12,988 nt of DNA from a virus (lineage: Duplodnaviria > Heunggongvirae > Uroviricota > Caudoviricetes), in the IMG/VR virus record IMGVR_UViG_2778261465_000007. One strand, written 5' to 3'. How positions within the stretch are numbered: the first letter of the stretch is position 1; each line of letters opens with the position of its first letter. The notes under the pieces were generated by a model. The model worked only from the letters and a program-made list of their open reading frames with translations, searched no databases and was not told the origin of the DNA. This document shows, piece by piece, positions 8,386-12,988 of the stretch. The position numbers were made by a program, and so were the translations under genes.

Positions 8386-8780
8386 TATCCCCCCCTCACA
8401 ACCCTGACTTGTGAGCGACTAAGTCCGTACGGTTTCAGCAGTGCTATCGCAAGCTGTAAATCGGGTTCAAGCAATGCAGTGCTGTTTGCTGGCAACTCAG
8501 AAAATGATTTCGATACACTGACCCCGTCAGCCGACACGGCTTTACTGATAACAACGCCAGAATCATTTTTCTGCTGAAACAACTTACCGAATGAGGCAAT
8601 TCTGGCTGCATATGCTCCCGCAAGTTTTACCTCTTCCGGAATACGGGATGGGTTAATTTTCAGGTTGAAGCCATTAAGCCAGGCATTAGCCATTAAAACA
8701 GCTTTATTTTTAGCGTTCTCACTCGTCCAGGCGTTCCCAAACGCATTATCAACGTCATCACAGGTCACGTAAGTGATCAT
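8385..8780 (-). CDS. head-tail connector protein, gp6-like (131 aa)
   Basis: First gene after the capsid gene; N-terminal MITYVTCDDV...AWL pattern resembles the gp6-like head-tail connector family; AGGGG Shine-Dalgarno. Confidence 0.5.
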   Translation of the reverse strand: MITYVTCDDVDNAFGNAWTSENAKNKAVLMANAWLNGFNLKINPSRIPEEVKLAGAYAARIASFGKLFQQKNDSGVVISKAVSADGVSVSKSFSELPANSTALLEPDLQLAIALLKPYGLSRSQVRVVRGG

Positions 8781-8783
8781 GTG

Positions 8784-8960
8784 TTACCCCTGAGTTTTCC
8801 AGCCCATAGCCTTCCAGTTGTCAACTTCATCAGGATGAACATTAGCGATAGTTGGTGCGCCGGGAAACATCTGATAATCGGTCACCATAACCACTAACTC
8901 AATTTGCGTTTTTTGTGCGGCTTCACGCTGTGCTCTTTGCTCTTTAGTTAATCCGGCCAT
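8784..8960 (-). CDS. unannotated small ORF, 58 aa (MAGLTKEQRAQREAAQKTQIELVVMVTDYQMFPGAPTIANVHPDEVDNWKAMGWKTQG), translationally coupled to the connector gene
   Basis: ATG at 8960..8958 preceded by a GGGGGG run; TAA at 8786..8784, 3 nt before the connector ATG; absent from the ORF track, apparently because it is under the size cut-off. Confidence 0.4.
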   Translation of the reverse strand: MAGLTKEQRAQREAAQKTQIELVVMVTDYQMFPGAPTIANVHPDEVDNWKAMGWKTQG

Positions 8961-8970
8961 ATGCCCCCCA

Positions 8971-8997
8971 TTAAAAATGGGGCCGAAGCCCCGTTTG
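8971..8997 (-). terminator. intrinsic terminator/attenuator: GGGGC-UUCG-GCCCC hairpin followed by AUUUUUAA (minus strand), about 100 nt downstream of the capsid gene
   Basis: 5-bp all-GC stem closing a UUCG tetraloop (8979-8992) with a run of 5 U immediately 3' on the minus-strand transcript; on the plus strand the same hairpin is followed by GUUUGAAUGUUU. Confidence 0.5.
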
Positions 8998-9092
8998 AAT
9001 GTTTAACCAAGAATCAGACAACCATGTGCCGGCTTCACTGATGAAACACCCCATGCCAGTCCAACTTCATAGCGCACCTGGCGATACTGACG

Positions 9093-10142
9093 TTACAGTG
9101 CAATCTGGAACGTAATCCCTGAAATCGGGTCCGTAACATTCATTACATCATCAGCATTATCGCCACCTTCCGGCATTGCCGGAGTACGGGATGCCAGCAG
9201 AAACGCGTTGCGATCAAACGCCATATTTGCAGTAAAGGCCCCAACAACTGTGATGGCAGTATCATCGGCCAGATCCTGACGCAGTCCGGGCGCTGCAAGA
9301 GTAATCAGATTGCTGGTCGCTGCTGCCACAACATACTGATTCGGATCACCAGCGAACGTAACAATCTGACCTGCAGAAATACTCCCCGAACCAGTATCAA
9401 TGGAAATAAGAACATCGCCTTCTTTTTTCTCTCCATTCACGAGATAACCAGTTGCAGCAACCTTTGGCGCTCGTTTCACACCTGCCGAACTGTGAATATT
9501 GAATCCCTCCAGACGCCCCAACACGCCCTCACGCAGTAGCTGTTCAGTGCCGGATTCATTCACTTTAAACAATACAGACTGTTTTCCGCGCAAATTAGCA
9601 ATGGCAGTGGAGCCAAGCACCATCTGCAGATCGGTTGTCGGTGCGCCGTTATCCTCCAGAACCTGACGAGCCAGAGCAGCATCAGAAAGATCATCTTTAA
9701 CACCAAACGGCGTTGTCCCTGCGGTTCCCACGGCGCGGGAAGCACCGAAATACAACGCACCAAGATCAGCCTCAACCTCGTTTGCAAGGGCGCGAAAAGC
9801 CTGCTTGAACTGATCAGCCAGAATGGTGTTGTAAGTCCCTGAAGGGCCAAGAGCCAGTTGTTCTTCACCATTCCATTTAACCGGTGCCATTTTGGATTTA
9901 GTAATTTTTACATCAACAGTGCCAATATTTTGATCACCGGTATTCGGAGCTGACGGCCCCGGTACGATATCTTCGGTTTTCGCCTCAGGCGCAACTGGCG
10001 CGGTTACCGTCTGATCTTTTGCTGCGGCGTCAGCTTTTGCGTTTTTTGCTACCGCAGGGATAAAACCTACCTGCTCACGGGATACAACATCCAGGGCGGT
10101 ATAAATAGTCGGGATCAACCCGGTCAGGGTATTTCCAGCCAT
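9093..10142 (-). CDS. putative major capsid protein (349 aa from ATG 10142; the ORF-track N-terminal extension to 10235 is rejected)
   Basis: First large gene of the virion block, directly upstream of the head-tail joining genes; AAGGAA Shine-Dalgarno 8 nt upstream of MAGNTLTGL...; assignment from position and size, not a recognised motif. Confidence 0.55.
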   Translation of the reverse strand: MAGNTLTGLIPTIYTALDVVSREQVGFIPAVAKNAKADAAAKDQTVTAPVAPEAKTEDIVPGPSAPNTGDQNIGTVDVKITKSKMAPVKWNGEEQLALGPSGTYNTILADQFKQAFRALANEVEADLGALYFGASRAVGTAGTTPFGVKDDLSDAALARQVLEDNGAPTTDLQMVLGSTAIANLRGKQSVLFKVNESGTEQLLREGVLGRLEGFNIHSSAGVKRAPKVAATGYLVNGEKKEGDVLISIDTGSGSISAGQIVTFAGDPNQYVVAAATSNLITLAAPGLRQDLADDTAITVVGAFTANMAFDRNAFLLASRTPAMPEGGDNADDVMNVTDPISGITFQIAL

Positions 10143-10240
10143 AATTAAATATTCCTTAAAAATTTGCGTAATTGTGAATAGATGGAGTAATGAGCTATCC
10201 AGCCCTGACACCAGCTCCCATCCGGAAGCTGACAAATGTG

Positions 10241-10477
10241 TTAATCAACGATTGTGACCGGAACAGAATCCATTTTGAGCATTTCAGCCGCCATAACACG
10301 ACCGTGACCCGCAATAATTTCGCCCTTTTCGTCAATCAGCACCGGATTAGTCCAGCCGAATTGCTTAATACTTTCTACCAGTTGTGCCACCTGCTCAGTA
10401 CTGTGCGTCCTGGCGTTGTGCGCATACGGTGACAATTCTTGTAATGGGCGATAGACTATCTTTAATTTCTCGCTCAT
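10241..10477 (-). CDS. ynaK: ParB-like nuclease-domain protein (78 aa), probably a truncated domain
   Basis: ParB/Srx N-terminal-domain signature (PYAHNARTHS ... IIAGHGR); sits between trkG and the structural genes as ynaK does in Rac. Confidence 0.55.
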   Translation of the reverse strand: MSEKLKIVYRPLQELSPYAHNARTHSTEQVAQLVESIKQFGWTNPVLIDEKGEIIAGHGRVMAAEMLKMDSVPVTIVD

Positions 10478-10496
10478 ACAGCCTTGCTTTATGAAT

Positions 10497-10528
10497 AAAA
10501 CGCACCCCAGCAGCCAGTGCTACTGGGG
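10497..10528 (-). terminator. putative intrinsic terminator downstream of trkG: CCCCAG...CUGGGG hairpin with inner stem, then UGCGUUUUAUU (minus strand)
   Basis: 6-bp GC-rich outer stem (10505-10510 / 10523-10528) plus 3-bp inner stem and tetraloop; the U-tract starts 4 nt after the stem, so only moderate. Confidence 0.35.
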
Positions 10529-10614
10529 ACGGAGGTGTTGCTGGTAAAGTTAGGTATTGGATCAATGAGTGAGTCAACATAATATTAAACTCACAATTAT
10601 AAATCAGCCATATA

Positions 10615-12072
10615 TTAGGAGCGCCAAAAAAAACCTGAAAACAATATAATAACAGGATAAATTTCAAGGCGACCAAGAATCATAGCTATGCACATTAAAC
10701 ATTTTGCAATGTCATTAAGCACTCCGAATGACGATGCAGTAGCCCCAAAACCTAATCCCATATTATTAATACATGCAGCCACTGTTGCAAATGATGTAAG
10801 AAAATCATATCCCATACCATTTAACACCAGTATAAAAAACACCGTAAAGAGAGTATAAAGAAAAAAGAAACTCCATACAGACCTCATTACACGATCTGTA
10901 ACTATCTTCCCTCCTACATTTACACTCAACAACGCTCTGGGATGAGAAAGCTGATTTATCTCGTGTTTGCTTTGTTTGAAAAGTATAAGAAATCGAAGTG
11001 ACTTAATTCCACCACAAGTTGAACCTATACATCCCCCAAAGAAACTTGACAACAGCAAAAACACTATCGTGTGCGTGGGCCAACTTGCATAATCCTGCGT
11101 AGCTAAACCATTATCAGTGAGCATGGAGCTGGCAAGAAAAAACGAATGAATAAAACTTCCATGCAAGTCATACATACCTATATGCCAGACCTGGAAAGAG
11201 GTAACAATGATCACCCCTAAGGCTATTAACAGAAAGAAACGAAGTTCAATATCTCTGATTAAAGGTTTTATCGTTTTCCTGCTAATAACAATATACCAAA
11301 GAGTGAAGTTGAAAGCCGATAGCAGGGAAAAAGAACCAGCCACCAGCTCAACCAAATAGTTATTAAAATATCCGATACTCTCGCTATGAGTTGAGAAACC
11401 ACCAAGCGAAACTGTGGAAATCCCGTGACAAATAGCATCAAACAAAGGCATTCCTGCAAGTCTATAACAGACAATACAAGCAATACCTAATAAAGAATAA
11501 GTTATCCACAGTGTCCGTGACGTATCGGCCAGGCGGGGAGTGAGTTTGTCATCCTTAAATGGCCCCGGCATTTCTGACTGATAAAGCTTTGCACCACCAA
11601 TACCCAATAATGGCAATACAGCAACCGCCAGAACAATAACTCCTAAACCACCTATAAAATTTAACTGTGACCGATAGTACAAATATGCCCGAGGTAATGA
11701 ACTAACATCATCAATTACAGTTGCTCCTGTTGTTGTTATTCCAGAAACCCCTTCAAACAGAGCATCAATGAACGTTAAATTAAGTTCTGAGTCAATCCAT
11801 AAAGGGAATGCACTAATAACAGAAAACAAAATCCAAAACATTACAATTATAATAAACCCATCACGGGTACGTAATTGAATGCCAGATTTCTTAGTTGTAT
11901 ACCACGCTCCGCCACCAATGCAAAAAAATATAACGAAAGTTATAAAGAAAACAAACAGGCTTTTTTCTTTATAAAACAATGCTACAACCATTGGTGGCAA
12001 CATTGAAAGACTATAGAGCCAAACCAGGAACCCACACATATGAGTAACAACTCTTACATGAGATGTATTCAT
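10615..12072 (-). CDS. trkG: TrkH/TrkG-family potassium uptake membrane protein (485 aa from ATG 12072; alternative TTG at 12090 has a better Shine-Dalgarno)
   Basis: Polytopic membrane protein with repeated glycine-rich selectivity-filter-like motifs (GITTTGATV, GCIGSTCGGIK, NMGLGFG); markedly AT-rich compared with flanking phage genes; position right after Rz/Rz1 as trkG in Rac. Confidence 0.9.
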   Translation of the reverse strand: MNTSHVRVVTHMCGFLVWLYSLSMLPPMVVALFYKEKSLFVFFITFVIFFCIGGGAWYTTKKSGIQLRTRDGFIIIVMFWILFSVISAFPLWIDSELNLTFIDALFEGVSGITTTGATVIDDVSSLPRAYLYYRSQLNFIGGLGVIVLAVAVLPLLGIGGAKLYQSEMPGPFKDDKLTPRLADTSRTLWITYSLLGIACIVCYRLAGMPLFDAICHGISTVSLGGFSTHSESIGYFNNYLVELVAGSFSLLSAFNFTLWYIVISRKTIKPLIRDIELRFFLLIALGVIIVTSFQVWHIGMYDLHGSFIHSFFLASSMLTDNGLATQDYASWPTHTIVFLLLSSFFGGCIGSTCGGIKSLRFLILFKQSKHEINQLSHPRALLSVNVGGKIVTDRVMRSVWSFFFLYTLFTVFFILVLNGMGYDFLTSFATVAACINNMGLGFGATASSFGVLNDIAKCLMCIAMILGRLEIYPVIILFSGFFWRS

Positions 12073-12089
12073 ATCTAAATATTCTTTCA

Positions 12090-12123
12090 ATTATAACCAC
12101 CTTGCTGCAATATTATGATTATA
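12090..12123 (-). promoter_or_regulatory. candidate sigma70 promoter region for trkG: two TATAAT hexamers on the minus strand (12095..12090 and 12123..12118) in AT-rich DNA
   Basis: Perfect -10 hexamers read from the sequence; no good -35 at canonical spacing, so weak. Confidence 0.3.
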
Positions 12124-12209
12124 CTGTATAAAATTTAACTCCTCTTAGATCTTACTTCACTGTTCCTTATGAAACAATCATCAAAATGAATCATATTGTA
12201 GTTAAGATT

Positions 12210-12674
12210 TTACTTTAAACACTGCTCGGTTATGTATTGCTGAGCACCTTCAAGTTGGGCCTGCATCATTACCAGTCGTTCCCGGAGGGTGAAATAATCC
12301 CGTTCAGCGGTGTCTGCCAGTCGGGAGGAGGCTGCATTATCCACGCCGGAGGCGGTGGTGGCTTCACGCACTGACTGACAGACTGCTTTGATGTGCAACC
12401 GACGACGACCAGCGGCAACATCATCACGCAGAGCATCATTTTCAGCTTTCGCATCAGCTAACTCCTTCGTGTATTTTGCATCGAGCGCAGCAACATCACG
12501 CTGACGCATCTGCATGTCAGTAATTGCCGCGTTCGCCAGCTTCAGTTCTCTGGCATTTTTGTCGCGCTGGGCTTTGTAGGTAATGGCGTTATCACGGTAA
12601 TGATTAACAGCCCATGACAGGCAGACGATGATGCAGATAACCAGAGCGGAGATAATCGCGGTTACTCTGTTCAT
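12210..12674 (-). CDS. Rz i-spanin, lambda Rz-like (154 aa from ATG 12674)
   Basis: Near-identical to my recollection of lambda Rz ([54 protein letters not shown]...); ATGA overlap with the endolysin stop. Confidence 0.85.
   Translation of the reverse strand: MNRVTAIISALVICIIVCLSWAVNHYRDNAITYKAQRDKNARELKLANAAITDMQMRQRDVAALDAKYTKELADAKAENDALRDDVAAGRRRLHIKAVCQSVREATTASGVDNAASSRLADTAERDYFTLRERLVMMQAQLEGAQQYITEQCLK
12269..12454 (-). CDS. Rz1 o-spanin lipoprotein embedded in the +1 frame of Rz (61 aa)
   Basis: Signal peptide with lipobox LVVVGC and proline-rich mature region ([17 protein letters not shown]), as in lambda Rz1; wholly contained within Rz. Confidence 0.8.
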   Translation of the reverse strand: MRKLKMMLCVMMLPLVVVGCTSKQSVSQCVKPPPPPAWIMQPPPDWQTPLNGIISPSGNDW

Positions 12675-12988
12675 TGCTGACCCCACAAACAGATTTCACG
12701 CTCAATCTCACGACGAGTCATGAGACCTTTCCATTGCTTACCGCCAGCATATGTCCAGCGACGTAGCTGATCACATGCGCCTTTGATATCGCCCTGGTTT
12801 ATTTTGCGAAGAAGCGTCGATGTTCTGAAATTGCCAGCACCCACGTTGTAAACGAATGAGTAAAGAGCGCCGCGCGTTGTTTCCGGTATATCGACTTTGA
12901 TGTACGGGTTAATTTGTCTGGCGACCGTGGCAAGGTCTTTATTCAAGAGTGTTTTGCATTCTGCTTTGGTATACGTTTTACCGAGCAT
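12671..12988 (-). CDS. endolysin, T4/P21-type lysozyme (glycoside hydrolase family 24), C-terminal 105 codons only; 5' end lies beyond the window
   Basis: Translation ...[66 protein letters not shown] matches my recollection of P21-type lysozymes (RrrD-like); directly upstream of Rz. Confidence 0.8.
   Translation of the reverse strand: MLGKTYTKAECKTLLNKDLATVARQINPYIKVDIPETTRGALYSFVYNVGAGNFRTSTLLRKINQGDIKGACDQLRRWTYAGGKQWKGLMTRREIEREICLWGQQ

Larger units (their letters stand above)
1..12988. mobile_element. Rac-type lambdoid cryptic prophage, late/right arm (lysis cassette - morons - head/tail block - fibre remnant/tfa - invertase)
   Basis: Gene content and order (endolysin, Rz/Rz1, trkG, ynaK-like, structural genes, stf remnant, tfa, pin, ynaE-like) match the recalled Rac layout; essential morphogenesis genes are absent. 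Confidence 0.7.

Noticed and set aside
10143-10235. N-terminal extension of the capsid ORF (MSASGWELVSG...) given by the ORF track
   Set aside because: The internal ATG at 10142 has an AAGGAA Shine-Dalgarno at correct spacing; the extension has none and runs into the end of the ParB-like gene.
7611-11483. Minus-strand out-of-frame ORFs 7611..7898, 9560..9871, 10395..10676 and 11268..11483, and plus-strand 10190..10432
   Set aside because: Each overlaps a better-supported gene in another frame; 10395..10676 would span the trkG terminator hairpin and overlap both trkG and the ParB-like gene.
12073-12090. TTG start for trkG (491 aa) and GTG start for Rz (12686)
   Set aside because: The ATG starts at 12072 and 12674 give the lengths I recall for TrkG (485 aa) and for a lambda-like Rz with ATGA coupling. 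The TTG for trkG does have a better Shine-Dalgarno (AAGGTGG), so this remains uncertain.
1-12988. CRISPR array, tRNA/rRNA genes, IS elements, toxin-antitoxin or known defence-system signatures
   Set aside because: No spacer-repeat periodicity, no cloverleaf-like tRNA candidates noticed, no transposase-like ORF or terminal inverted repeats; every ORF of 60 aa or more is accounted for by phage or moron functions.
1-12988. Interpretation as an inducible, complete phage or a tailocin/GTA-like particle system
   Set aside because: No terminase or portal (needed for a phage or GTA) and no tail tip, baseplate or fibre shaft (needed for any functional tail); a decayed prophage is the more economical reading.

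Overview
This 12,988-bp window reads as the late (right) arm of a lambdoid, Rac-type cryptic prophage from an Escherichia-like enterobacterium, encoded almost entirely on the minus strand. From high to low coordinate it carries: the 3' part of a T4-lysozyme-type endolysin; lambda-like Rz/Rz1 spanins; the low-GC moron trkG (K+ uptake); a 78-aa ParB-like nuclease-domain protein (ynaK-like); then an intact, translationally coupled virion block (putative major capsid protein, an unannotated 58-aa ORF, four head-tail joining genes, a major tail tube protein, tail assembly chaperone G with an A-AAA-AAG -1 frameshift site giving G-T, and a 1077-aa lambda-H-type tape measure protein). The tape measure gene abuts a 46-codon C-terminal remnant of a side tail fibre gene, followed by an intact tail fibre assembly gene, a convergent Pin-type serine invertase on the plus strand, and a small AT-rich YnaE-like gene. 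No terminase, portal, protease/scaffold, tail tip (M-L-K-I-J) or full-length fibre gene is present, so the element looks particle-defective. No rRNA, tRNA, CRISPR array or IS element was recognised. I did not find a convincing wholly new multi-gene system. The points most worth a second look are the deletion architecture, an unannotated coupled micro-ORF behind a strong hairpin, the repeats flanking the orphan invertase, and the trkG/ParB-like moron pair. All identifications rest on reading the translations and recalled family features; no database search was run.
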